From Eledone cirrhosa (Eukaryota), in contig OZ024742.1 in NCBI GenBank assembly GCA_964016885.1, positions 331,824,001 to 331,888,000 of the forward strand: a stretch of DNA of 64,000 nucleotides, written 5' to 3'. The stretch's first letter is position 1, and the number at the start of each line of letters is the position of its first letter. The notes below the pieces were generated by a model. The model ran no database searches. It was not told the origin of the DNA and saw only the letters and a program-made list of their open reading frames with translations. Shown piece by piece: positions 12,481-25,665 of this stretch. The position numbers and the translations under genes are program-made.

Positions 12481-13021
12481 AATATGGGTATATAAATAAA
12501 GTTTCCATTTATTAATATATCTTGTAATTACTCTACTAATTGTTGAGTGTTTTATATCAGTTATAAAAATGTTTAAGGTTTTTGAATCCCAACAAATTAA
12601 ATATAACCTCCGCATATATATAAAGAAAAACAGATGAAATCGAAAATGCAACTGGTGTCATATTTTTTAATATATATATATATATATATGGTTCCTTTAC
12701 CGGTTTCGCAGTTCTTCTGCTATTCAAAAGTAGAGTTGAGATGGAGGATCTGTGGTTTTTCTCACATCTGGTTGGTCTCTGAATGTTACTTGTTTTATAT
12801 GGAAAAAAGTGGCTCGTAATGCCAGGTTTTTAGAGAAGTAATTTGATTGGTTGGTCAATAATTATAATAAATATCGCGCCAGTTCGCGTTACAAAGTTCT
12901 TCAAACAAGTGGAGGGGGGGGGGGGCACATGTTGTTTTTTCATATATGATTGTTTGAATTTCTTTTTACTTAAAAAAAGGGGCTCACGAAGGTTTTTTTT
13001 AAATAAACGTAATAAATGATA

Positions 13022-13512
13022 AAAACGATGATAAAAAGGTAGGGAGCCAATGTATCTCTCTGGAGCACTCCAGCCAGTATCTCAAAGAAATATGTCATCC
13101 CATCAGGTGTAATGTTTTGGGTTTTGGTGATGGTGTAGAGCAGTGATATCAGATCCACTATCTTCTTGGGGATTCCATAAGCCTGTAAGATCTTCATCAG
13201 GCAGTGACGATCCACAGAATCAAAGGCCTTCCCAAAGTCAATGAAAACCATGACCGCAGGAAGGCACTTTGCTCTAGCTCCCTCTCGTATCCTACTTAGC
13301 ATCAGGATGTGACTGGTGGTTGATCTTCCCTCTCTGAAGCCGTTCTGGTTGTCCCTGAGCTTCTTCTCCATCTCAGGCTGGATCCTGTTAAGAACCATCC
13401 TGTTGAGGGTATTTTCCACAAGTGACGTCAGTGAGATCACCCTGTAGTTGTTGGTGTTAGAGAGATCTCCCTTCTTTGGCACTGGGCCGATGTTACTGAT
13501 CCTCCACTGATA
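13022..13512 (-). mobile_element. Non-LTR retrotransposon RT fragment (RTE/RTEX-like)
   Basis: PVPKKGDLSNTNNYRVISL..QNGFREGRST..FIDFGKAFDSV..GVLQRDTLAPYLF. Confidence 0.9.
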
Positions 13513-13890
13513 GCAGCATATGGTTACATACACACATTTATACAAGGTAATCCGATGCATAACCGCCTGTTTCCAGTACTCATAGGCATATTAAATGCAT
13601 GCACACAAACATACACACACACACACACTCAGAACTGTATCTGCAAACACACCTGAACATGGGCAGGCACACACACATAGACCACAGGAATTTACTGCTG
13701 ACAAAAACCCATAATTACGCGAGAGCTTTTCATCACAATTATGTAGATACATTATTCTCTCTGTACAGGCAATTACATACACACAGACGCAAATAAACCT
13801 ACACATGCACATATACATACACACACACACACATATATGTATAATATATATATACATACATATATTTGTTTATACACACACACACACACC

Positions 13891-13921
<31 letters not shown>

Positions 13922-14656
13922 ACACATACATATATATCCTATAAACTATGTATGTATGAAGTATATATAAACTGCTTGAAAGAAAATAGGAGAATGAGGG
14001 GACAGAAAAGGACAGAGAGGGTAGGAGAAAAAGAGAGAACGCGTGTGTATGTGCACGCGTGTATGACTGTTGTATATAACTGTGTTTTTAGGTGATGTCT
14101 GGGGTTGTTTGGCGCTATGAAAATGTGTGTAGTTTGCAATTAATTTGGACAATTGCCCTACGTTTAAATTAGATATGAAGCCCTTTAAGCGTGAATCGAC
14201 GGGGAAGCATCTCAACTTTTTCGCTATAATTTATTCCCTTATGAGAAACCTGTTTTGTGTCATGTTTATTATGTTTAAGTATTGGGTGTATCGTGTTCTC
14301 TCGCATTCCTTGATAGTTTCACTAATGGGATATTCGGTTAATTTTCACTGCAGATCAAGCTTTACTGAAGTCATAAAGCAATGATCAGCGTTTGAGACTT
14401 TATAATAACCAAGACAAGCGGAGCATATATTCTAGTATGGTTTGTGGGTTGGATGAGAAATCATATGGAATGATTATGTATCATTATGGTTTTGTGGTTT
14501 GCGTAACTGATAACGTGGAAATCGCTTTCCATGTTATACAAGATCAAAGGCGGTCCTTTCATAAACATACACACCCAAACGCACACACGCACGCGCGCGA
14601 ACACACACACACACACACATATATGTATATATGTCATATATATACATATATATATG

Positions 14657-14693
<37 letters not shown>

Positions 14694-14724
14694 TATACAC
14701 ACATATATATATATATATATAAGC

Positions 14725-14785
<61 letters not shown>

Positions 14786-14984
14786 GACCTATGTATAAAT
14801 CTATATATATGTATATTTATATATATATGTGTAATATATATGTGTGTAAATATCTATACAAATATATTTAAGTATATTTCTGTCTCTTTCTCTCTCTATA
14901 GATATATACATTATATACATTAAGTTAAGTATATTTACACGCACATTTATACACGCATATATAAGTACTTACATATACATATTG

Positions 14985-15094
<110 letters not shown>

Positions 15095-15891
15095 AGTCAT
15101 GCATATTTATATATATATATATATATTTATATGTTATATATATGTATATATATATACATATGAAATAATATTATGATTCACACCTCATGTATTGTGCAAC
15201 CTGGCAATCGGAATCACGACCTTACGACCCTGAGGGTAACACCCTACCCGTTACGACCCGCTGCTTAACATAGACGCACACACCTACACACGCAGGCGCA
15301 CACAAATACACACACATACATATATTTAAGGGTACCTTCGTCTATGTACGCTTAATTATTCATGATCGCATACATGAAAATATACCGAGGGATATTCACC
15401 TTTCAGTGTTTGTTTTCTGTTAATTCGAATGTATGGTGTTCTTTCATATACTTATGTCTAAGAATATCCATTTTTCTGGTAATATCTATTCATTATTGTC
15501 ACTAATCTGGCTTACTACCACCCAAGTCTATGTTACTAGAGCTGTTTATACATTCTTGCTTCTTTGAGGTCCGCAGTCAGTTCAAGGAATTTATATATTT
15601 AATTTAGCATGTATTGTATATTTTCGTAATGATTTACTAATCCAATTGTATTTAGCTCTTATATTGGCTCAAACATAATCAGTAAGACAAAGAGAGTGAG
15701 AGAGAGAGAGAGACACACATACATACATGTACGCACATTCACATGTATAAACAAGTGCACGCGAAGAAACACATGCACAACAACACACACTCAAACCGAC
15801 ACAAACGCACAGGTATTTGCACACACACATTCACACGCACACACGCACACACACACACTCACACACATACACACACATACACACACACACA

Positions 15892-15967
<76 letters not shown>

Positions 15968-18900
15968 GCGAGAGAAACACATACCCACAGATAGACAAAC
16001 ATATCCAATTACTTGAATGTGATCAAACACCAGTGCATCTTTGATGTAAATCAGTAAATCTTTAGTTAATAACATAAGGAATACATTCTCGAATTAGATG
16101 TAGTCCAACCAGCTGAATAATCAATGGCGAACATCTTCTTTCCTTTACTACATATTATTAGACTCCAAAATATTTACTTCTCAAATTGACTAATTTATTT
16201 ATGCCTTCTGGGCTTTCCATAATATTTAGAGACATTATAGTGTTTAAGGGAGCGCTTTAGTCTAGGCGAGCATGTCACGGCCGCTTTAATACTAGTGTAA
16301 CGATAAAATTCCTTTAGTACATCTTATAAATTGTTAGTGTTCGTGCCTTGATAGAATATATAAAGTCAACCTTTTAAATTGGTTGTGCTGCTGTCACAAA
16401 ATATAATGGATCTAGTAAAACTATAAAATGGATATATTACGAAGGGCATCCATCCATAGAAACCGTGCAAAATATTTAATGAATGAACAAGATAAGGTCG
16501 CTCTGACTTGTATAATCGCTGCATGTCACAACCCGTCCAACACATACCAGAGTAGAAAGTGGAAGTAAAATAAGCATAGATGGATTTTTTTAAAATTTAA
16601 TATATGTATGTATAACTCTTTAATTCCAATTACTTGCGCCCAGCCACTTTTGATATGTAAAATTAGGGGTTTGTTGTGTATTCTATATGTTTGTGAATGA
16701 GTGGCCCCACACTTCTTAAACGCCCCAGAAACCCCAAGTTCTAAATACATCTCTTGCTGCATCCCCATATAAATATGCTAAACCACCTCCAGAAACTGCC
16801 ATTCGTCTGATTGGCATAAAGTCACTGACAGACATGCAACAACTTCCAGACTACCGACATTACACGTGGTTTATTTGCTTTTTTACGGCTACTTAAATGT
16901 CACATCTGACTAATCTCATGTCACTGGCACTCAGGTATTTCCCATCTCACTCGTTAAACCTCCTCCTATCACCTACTATTTGTTCTCCTCACATGCCCTG
17001 CACTAATAATTGCACACAGTGCATCCTTTAAACAACATTGTGTCTTTTGAATTCTCTCCCTATATATATAGTTCTTGCAAGTGCTGACATGACAATATAA
17101 AATGAACCTCATCTGTATCAATCTCATTTATCCCATTATTTATCGCATTTATCGTGGCAAGCTACCTCCAAACCTACGTAAACATAACACATCCGCCTAA
17201 TGTGTGTATTGAATAAAAGGCACACATTTGGTGAAATGTGGACAGTTCAATCTGCTAAATAATTTTGTTTATATTTCTCCTAGAAATAAGACATAATTAT
17301 ATTTTTAAAGAAATGTAACTAACAAGACACAGAGTCCTCTGATTATTGATAAGCTCTTTATATATGCTTAGCCATGTTTCATGGAATTTATAGATAGCTA
17401 CAGATGTCAATGAACTAAAAATGATATTTTCCTTTAATAAAATAAAATATTAATATTACAACATTATATAATGTGTTAGCGTGTGTTGGTATGTGTACAC
17501 CGCCGCATGACTGCAGTTGGCGTTTGGTGGAAACGGTGTAGTTGGCTCCGCATGCACATATCAAGTCATACACTACACGGTCTCTCAGGCATATTGGATG
17601 TGTACTGTTGTTGTTAATTCCTACGGTAGTGTATTATCTGACAGGGCATCTCCGAAAGTAGCAGGCGTCTTTTTCGATGATCTGTGTGAAGTGACGTATG
17701 AACGTCAAAGCCGATTTTCTACAGGTGATTGCCCTCGTTTTCTATTCTTATCAAGACCGTATTGTGTTATAAGTATATACTTCTTTTTAGGAGGTGTATT
17801 AGTGCAGCTTCCTTGTATGTGTTGTTTCTTCACTACGCAGAACTCTCTTTCTTTATCTGATGAAGACTGTCTTTTTTCTTTGTCTGTCAGGTTGCCTCTT
17901 GCTTGCTGCCTCTGTCCTCCTATATATATACATATATATATACATATATATATGCGTGTGTGTGTGTATGGCGGGAGGGGTATGTGCATGTATATGTATG
18001 ATCAAGTGTTTCCGTAAAATGGATGAAGGAAAAAGAATCCTCTATGATTTAAAGCTGAAATATTATGGTCTGCTAGAAACAGATGATAAATAATTTAGGT
18101 TTTGAAGCACTTCCTTGTATTAATTTGCCATATCACTTTATTATGCACTACTGGGGATTGCCTTTCGTCGGACGTTTCGTCCATGATAAAATCGTTGGGT
18201 TTGCTTTGAAACGTAAGGTAACGTAATCTAGCAGATATCAAAATAACGATATTTATATATTGATAATAATGCATTTCACGGTAGCTGGCTGAATATGTAA
18301 ATAGATGTTTTGGCTCTTATATACCACATATTGCATTGTAAACAGATTTATTGACCATACTATTTTTCACTTGTGTACGTGTGCTCGCTCATATATGTGA
18401 CTATATAATTATTATTTTTTCTTTAAACTTTCGATATTGCATTATCAATTATTTAAAATTAACTTTGAAAATAATCAATAGTTTGGATGGATTAATACTA
18501 TATCAAATCTTCTCAATAGCGACCTGGTCTTCAATGCATAGTGGAGAAAGGATTCTTACACGAAATGTGATGAAATATATTTCGATACATATAAACATAT
18601 TTTTATCATAGAATCATGTGCGGCTTCAGAAATGTTGGTATCAATTTATTTAAAACATTTTGTTTGTAGCACCCACATTTAGTTTACTTCATCCATCTCA
18701 ATCATCCAAAAGCCTCAGTAAAGATAAATGCAGAAACTTGAATAAGCTTATATTGATAGATTGACATTGCCATGAGCAAAATTTTAAACAAACACAATGC
18801 TTTTCATTCGTCACCTTGCAAAACATTGTATGTGTGACAAGCAGAAGCCACGGGCCTAGAAATACGTGTAAAGATTGTTTTTGGAAAAACCTCTTCTGTT

Positions 18901-20354
18901 TTCAGTGTTCCAAAAGAGGGCTATTTTTCCCGCAGGGGATTATTTTACCACGTTCGTTGGATAATCTCTTAGTTGTTAATTGTAGATTTGAGTGGCATTG
19001 ATTCCTTCTGTATCCATTGAATATAGAATGCTGAATAAATTTCATTGAGAATAATAATAATGGGAGATTTCATATCTTGTTTCAACGGAAATATATACCA
19101 ACAGATATCACTTGTGGTAAACAAAAATGTTTGAGATAGATTAAAAGAAGTGTTTTTGTCTTTTGCTCTTTATACTGTACTGAACTCTGGCCTAGAAGGC
19201 CCTCGCGGAAGGACATTCTAAATAGACGCCTCCTGGTTCTGTATGGATACGCTATAGAATATTTTATGTTTATTTTAAATCGCTGAAATATATGATATGG
19301 TACGAAGAACGTAGAAGTCGTGGGTATTACGTCTATTTCCTTATAACGAGACAACCACTATGACGTCGCGCGAAACGAAATCTCCCCGACACGCACTACA
19401 CTCTATAAAAATAACTTATTTGATAACATATGTTTGAGTGAACTGTACCTAAAAACAAAGTCGATTAATCAGAGGTGGAATACCTTTGCTGAGATGCTTG
19501 TTTATGGACATGGTTCTAAGAAAATTACAAAAGAAATTATAACACTGTTCAGTGACACGATGCCTACATAAAACATGCAATGGTCATAGCTAATATTTCT
19601 TAATCTTAGATTGTCTGGATTACTACTGATAAACAAGAACAACACATATGACAGTAACAACAACATTTAGAAAGTAAGAAGATTGTAATTCTTTATTTTG
19701 TTGCTCAACTAGAAATGGCCATTTATATATCTAAGTGTTAGCATATGTATTAGGAGGAACTGTGTATTTTTCATATTATTTATAGATATAATCTAATAAT
19801 AACATTCAGTCGAATATACAGTTTTTTTCCTATAAACCCAGGAATATACAGAATATGAAAACGAGTAATTTCAACAGATATTCCAACGTATTTCTGTTTT
19901 CGTAAAAAGCTTATGTAGTTCAATAATCCTATCAATAAACTCGTACCTTATATATCACTCGATTCTTATAGCTGGTCGTCGTATATCACAATATGATTTT
20001 TGTAAGTTGATCTTTACAAAAAAGTATTCATATACACCAGTAGTAAAATGAAAACCCAAAATGTACAAGCAGATACACAAAAATGAATGTGTTAGTATGC
20101 AGGAGGAATGTTATGACAAAAGGTGCAACAGGAAGCGCTTTATTTACTTCGAGAGAAAAAAAATGGCTTTTAATGAATTCATTGTTTTATTAAACATGAG
20201 CAGATACAGTGTTAAATCTTTAAGTATATGGTCTACCACATTCCTGCCAAAATGTATTTAAAATATTTCCATACAAACATACAGGAAGAGAGTGAAAGAG
20301 AGAGGTGTCAGTTTCGTTAGATTAAAGGATAGAATGCAGGCATTATTTGGTCTG

Positions 20355-20532
20355 GGTAGAGCATCAGATACGTGCTTCGTTGCATAGAGTTACCTTCATT
20401 TTACCTTCTGAGGTTAACTTTGCTTTTCATCTAACGGAGTCGATTTAGAAAAGTACCGCACTGGGGTCAATATAATCGATTTTCCCTCCCTCGAATGTTA
20501 TTGGCCTTGTGCCTAAATCCAAAACAATTATT
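20355..20532 (+). mobile_element. Diverged SINE copy
   Basis: GAGGTTAACTTTGCTTTTCATCTAACGGAGTCGAT ... GGCCTTGTGCCTAAA..AAACAATTAT. Confidence 0.75.
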
Positions 20533-20749
20533 TGTACTGGCACACTACACATGCCCCACTGAGATAAATGTTCCTTTCATCATTTCAATATCGATAAATG
20601 AAGTACTTTTCCAAAACTATAGGCGAATCCTCCCAAAATTACATCCTGGATTGAAATGGCTGCGTTGAAATATAGAAATGATATGTGACGTTGGCGTCAA
20701 TGCAATTGCATGATTACTTAACGTTACATAGTGCGTGTGTTGGGTGGGT

Positions 20750-20807
<58 letters not shown>

Positions 20808-20809
<2 letters not shown>

Positions 20810-20974
20810 CGAAGGAAATGTGGTAAGGAACCAGATGGACCATAACGCACCAAAGTACTCAATACTTAGGGTAGTAGAATGGGTAATAGGAACGAGTAGG
20901 ACCCCGACGGCTGAGCTCAAGCCGTTTCCTCGAAACGGCTTGAGCTCAGCCGTCGGGGTCCTACTCGTTCCTAT
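20808..20974 (-). mobile_element. Short HHR-bearing element between (TA)n tracts, ending in a perfect 43-bp hairpin
   Basis: Arms 20886-20928 and 20932-20974. Each arm is the 3' half of an HHR (GAAA-CGGC..GCCG-TC-GGGGTCC). The body is homologous to 23738-23815. Confidence 0.75.
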
Positions 20975-20979
20975 ATATA

Positions 20980-21660
20980 TCATCATCATCATCATCATCA
21001 CCGTTTTACGTCCGTTCTTCCACGCTAGCATGGGTTAGACGGGTTGTCCTGTTGTGGGCAGTGTCTGGTCGGCTGACCATGCCTTGCTCATACAGGAACT
21101 GATCTGGCTTGATTTCTACAGCTGGATGCCCTTCCTAACACCAACCTCATTTACAGTGAGTGCTGGGTGCTTTTTCGTGGCGCCTACACGTCCACTTTAC
21201 AGTGTGGGCTGGGTGCTTTTTTGCCGTGGCACCTCCACGACCACCTTGCGGTGGGGGGGGGGGGCATATTGTTTATATGCTTCAGCATGTACCCATGGGA
21301 GGTCGGGTACCCTGTATTACTGCGTGACGCCAGAAGTCACGGTCGTGTGTCATTGACTTTGAGAGGTGTAGTTGGGTAAGGTCGGCTTTTATCACCTCAT
21401 CCCAAGTCATCTTGGGTCTCCCCACTCCGCGGTTTCCATCAACTTCTAGTGCTCTGCACCTTTTTATGCAGCTGTCATCCTTCATACGCATCACATGTCC
21501 ATACCAGCGTAACCGCCTCTCCTGCACGCAGCATTTGATTCCTCTTATGCTCAGTCTCTCTCTCAATTCCTTTATGCTTTGTCGTTCACGTATATTACTG
21601 TTACACATCCATCGGAGCATGCAGGCTTCGTTTCTCTCTAATCTACGTAAGTCTTCCACA
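20980..21660 (-). mobile_element. RTE-clade LINE 3' end, 5'-truncated, with (GAT)n tail
   Basis: MLRWMC..ELRERL..RRLRWYGHVMRM..GRPKMTWDEVIKADL, followed by a 3' UTR and (GAT)n. Confidence 0.9.
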
Positions 21661-22177
21661 AATAAATAAACATTCAAACACGTAAAATGTATTGCACTAA
21701 TTTAAGTTTCAACGCACTGGTATAGTAGTCGCCTCAGTCTATACATTTTATAGTGTAAATCTTATGAATATCTCTCTAGATAAACCTACATCTTACACTC
21801 CTGCTTCCATTCTTCAACATCGCCGTGTAGAAACTGCCTGCATCGAATGGATATTGACATGCTAAGAAATATAAGTGATACTCGCCGGTTTAATACATTC
21901 CATCTCTAGTGGAACATGTTGTCGTTGACTCCATTCCTTTAAAGCCGCAAATTTGACTTACCCCCAACATATGCGGAAGTCACAACAAATGGTATCAGTA
22001 AAATATCCAGTTGATTAAGCGCTACCAGCTGAGGTGTACAACAATGGAAGTAATATACTTGTACATAAGCTTAGTTAAAATGGAAATGGAAAATAGAATG
22101 TTGCGACGAATATAGTATTATATCACTGTTTTCTGTGGTAAGATATTTCCTCGACTTTCTCTCAACGGAATAATAAT

Positions 22178-22362
22178 TGTTTCTACTTTAGGCACAAGGC
22201 CAGAAATTACCCAGTTCATTACTGGTACTTTATTTTATCGACCCCGTTAGGATGAAAGGCAAAGTCAACCTCGGCGGGATTTGAACTCAGATCGTAAAGG
22301 GACGTAACTATGCTGGAAAGCATGGCGTCCGACCCTCTACGGATACTGCCAATCCACCGCCC
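22178..22362 (-). mobile_element. Full-length SINE with a 16-bp target-site duplication
   Basis: Reverse complement of the 4596 copy. TSD TCAACGGAATAATAAT at 22162-22177 and 22363-22378. Confidence 0.95.
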
Positions 22363-22756
22363 TCAACGGAATAATAATGGTAGATCATATTTATCCTGAA
22401 TCTAAGTGTGGCTTCAGTGCTAGGAGAAGAACCATGAATATGTTATATTGCTTGCGGCAGGTTGCTGTGAATACACAGGAGAAGAACAGTGTAATATGTA
22501 TAACCTATGAATAGTTATAGAAACATATATAGGAGCTTAGATGCAAAAATAAGCTGAATAATATCAAACATGTTGGAATACAATCATCGGAATTTATGGA
22601 ATGTGCTGTCGACAGTAATGTGGGGAGGAGAATCAGTCCAAATCTTATTCAGAATCGTGTCAACACATTTATTGAACACCTAAGTATTCTAAGGCAAAGT
22701 CAAACGACAAGAGTGTCCATCATACATATGCATTTTTATATATATATACACATACA

Positions 22757-22820
<64 letters not shown>

Positions 22821-23004
22821 AAATCCAATGTCAATAAATACACGAGGATTTTTTCATCCTGATGATTGAAAGCAAAATTTGTTTGCTTTTAAGAAACTAC
22901 TGGTAAATGAAATAATTGCCTTATGTTGTTTATTACATAACTATTAAGCTCTGTAACCTACATAGAGCACTCTTTTTTCCTGGAGCTTTTCGGCGGAATT
23001 ACTT

Positions 23005-23084
<80 letters not shown>

Positions 23085-23182
23085 CATACATAGATACATA
23101 TATATGTATATATATATATATATATCGTTTCTGAATTTGTTTAGCAAGATTCTTCATTGGCAACATGACCCTCCCTAAGTAT

Positions 23183-23251
<69 letters not shown>

Positions 23252-23259
23252 TATACATA

Positions 23260-23294
<35 letters not shown>

Positions 23295-23620
23295 CCCGAA
23301 GGTAACTTTGTAAAGTCACAAAGATAATCCTCATTTAAGCAGTTCAAAATTACACCACTTCAGTGGAAGATATCACACATTATTGTGGCCATTAAGCGTG
23401 ATGGAGTTTCCATCAATGAAATAATGCTACGGCAGTTGTTTTGTTTATATATTTGTATTTATTTCATTATACATATTTCTATGACACATATCGTTATAAT
23501 TATGCAATGGATACGTCAATGACATGGCCCCATGTTATATCGTCAGATTCCCACACAATTACGTGATGTAGTTAATTTGCTATGTTGATACGCCGCTGGT
23601 AAATAGTACCATCCTGATAT

Positions 23621-23815
23621 ATATGAAAATATTCAGGACCCCGACAGCTAAGCTCCGGCCGTTTGAACAGCTAGATCAGAACTCTAGCTGTCGAAACGGC
23701 CGGGGCTAAGACCCCGACGTCCTGAATTTTTTTCATATTAACCAGTCTACTACACCAAATATCAAGTTTTCTGGTAGGTTATGGGCCACCTCATATTTTA
23801 CGATACCATCTGTTA
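23621..23815 (+). mobile_element. Older copy of the 20808 family, also folded back at the HHR
   Basis: Imperfect hairpin 23621-23738 containing GAAACGGC and GGACCCCGAC. The downstream body aligns with the reverse complement of 20808-20885. Confidence 0.7.
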
Positions 23816-24229
23816 TATATATATAACAAACAGGACCAGATGACTGAGCTATTTCTTTTGAAACAACAATATAACCATACACTATTTCTCCAAGTATTGA
23901 GTAATCTGTTGAGCAATGGTCTAACCAGTTTCAAACTAAATCCAACCTAATATATATCTGTGTTTGAGCGTGTGTATGTATGTGTGCGAGTGAGTGTGCG
24001 CGCGCGCGTGTGTGTGTGTACGTGTGTGTGTAAGAGAGATATTATGATCGCCTAAATCATTTTGGAATATGACAAATGCTCGTTTGGAAGCCTTTACTAT
24101 GCAAATGAGTAAATCTCCGGGTAAAAATATCAGGTGGCGTTGGGAGGAAGGAAGAGACATGCAAAACAGCGTAAAACGAAAACCAGAAAAAGGAGTTAAA
24201 TTGGAATACATTAATTTGTCCCTCGAATA

Positions 24230-24645
24230 TGCCACATAAGCAGCTTCCATAGAAGTCATAGAATTTAGAAGGAGAAAAAGCCATGACTTGTTTTATGAAA
24301 TAAATTCAGATGTCCAAAGACGTATCAGAAAGATGCATAAGTTACACAGCCTTTAGATTGGAGAAGTACACTCATTAATTAAAGAGAAGGCCTATAAAGC
24401 CCTTAGAAATTGGGCAGCAAAAGCAGCTGATCAGCAAGAAGCAAGAATATAAATGAATCAGGTACTTTCATAATGTTTTGAAAGCGGTGTTTCTAGTGAG
24501 AAGAGCCAGTGAAAGCCCGTTCTAACTTTTGGTGGTACAATCCTCTACAATGATAAGATGAGATTCTCTCTCGATGGATGGAACACTTTCAAAAAGGTCC
24601 TAAAAATTTAGACAGTTGTTGATGAAAATGTGATATATATTCCAC
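24230..24645 (+). mobile_element. Decayed RTE/BovB-like LINE fragment (EN-RT linker)
   Basis: Broken frames give VQRRIRKM, FHNVLKAVF and DEILSRWMEHFQKVL. Confidence 0.55.
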
Positions 24646-25489
24646 AAAATATTTATTTTTTCTTACTGAATTTTATTTTTAAACTAAACATCTATGTTTA
24701 CAGAATGAAACACAGAGGCAATTGCAATCAGACAAGATAAAAATCATATCACTCAACTAAAATAGTGCCACTAATGCTGTAAATGTCTTGAATAAAACTG
24801 GTTTACTAAGAAAACATATTCTACAACATTTACATTCAACCAAATCTTAAATAAAATATAAGCCGTTCTGATTTCAAATCTCGCCAATTAACCTTCACCG
24901 CAGTATTAAGATCTGTGAAGATGTTTACCTGTTCTCATAGAAGCAATTTTGATTTGGTCCTCGTTAGTTAACTTGTATAGTAAGGTTGCCTTCGTAGGAA
25001 TGGGAATAATGCCAGATATGTAACGGCCTGGATTTCTCTACCCTACAGTGTTTTGCAGCAAAAAATCAAAAATTTCCTGTTTCTCGAAAACGTTCAAAAT
25101 TCAATAGGAAATCCATCAACGCGAGGTTCCTTTCCAAATTTCATTGAGCACCCTCAGCTTGAGAAACTAGATCACAACATATTACATGATTTTGTTCAAA
25201 AAGAAGTATGAACGTATTGTCATAGGATAGATTGTCATCTGAGTTTACAAGCTTAGAGTAGAGATTTTCCAGGCGTTCTCTCTGTCATTATGCTGGAGGA
25301 AAATAGTTCCAAACGTCTTCCGAGAAAGCTCACGTGCAAGTTTCCATGCTTGTACGTGCTCAACAGCGGTGGTAGTTTGAAATAACGTTAAACTGTTATT
25401 AATTCTCACTTCTTCGCATTTATAGAATGTTTGACGATGGTTTATTTGAGAGCGATTGATTAGTAGTATCTGTAGAGATGACACAACAT

Positions 25490-25665
25490 GCCTGTAGCAT
25501 ATAGTTACGGCCATTTAAGTTCTGAGTTCAAATATCACGGTCGTTTAGCTTTGCATTTCAAACTGACAGGGTTGATAACATATAGTAGCAGTAACACACT
25601 GGGGACAATTTTTCCTTCCATTGAAATTACTGGCTTTGTGCCTAAATTAGAAACAATTATTATTA
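25490..25665 (+). mobile_element. Diverged SINE copy
   Basis: AGCATATAGTTACGGCC..CTGAGTTCAAAT..GGCTTTGTGCCTAAATTAGAAACAATTATTAT. Confidence 0.7.

Larger units (their letters stand above)
12160..12517. repeat. Spacer-less palindrome with arms of about 180 bp, one hammerhead per arm
   Basis: Centre ATAG|CTAT at 12339/12340. The arms are reverse complements with scattered mismatches. Confidence 0.92.

Noticed and set aside
17857-22880. Isolated CTGATGA words at about 17857 and 22859 as hammerheads
   Set aside because: There is no compatible stem II, GAAA-stem III-NUH and stem I arrangement.
23124-23170. Minus-strand ATGAAGA...GAAAC hammerhead remnant
   Set aside because: The core is mutated and the 3' half is replaced by (TA)n, so it cannot be supported.
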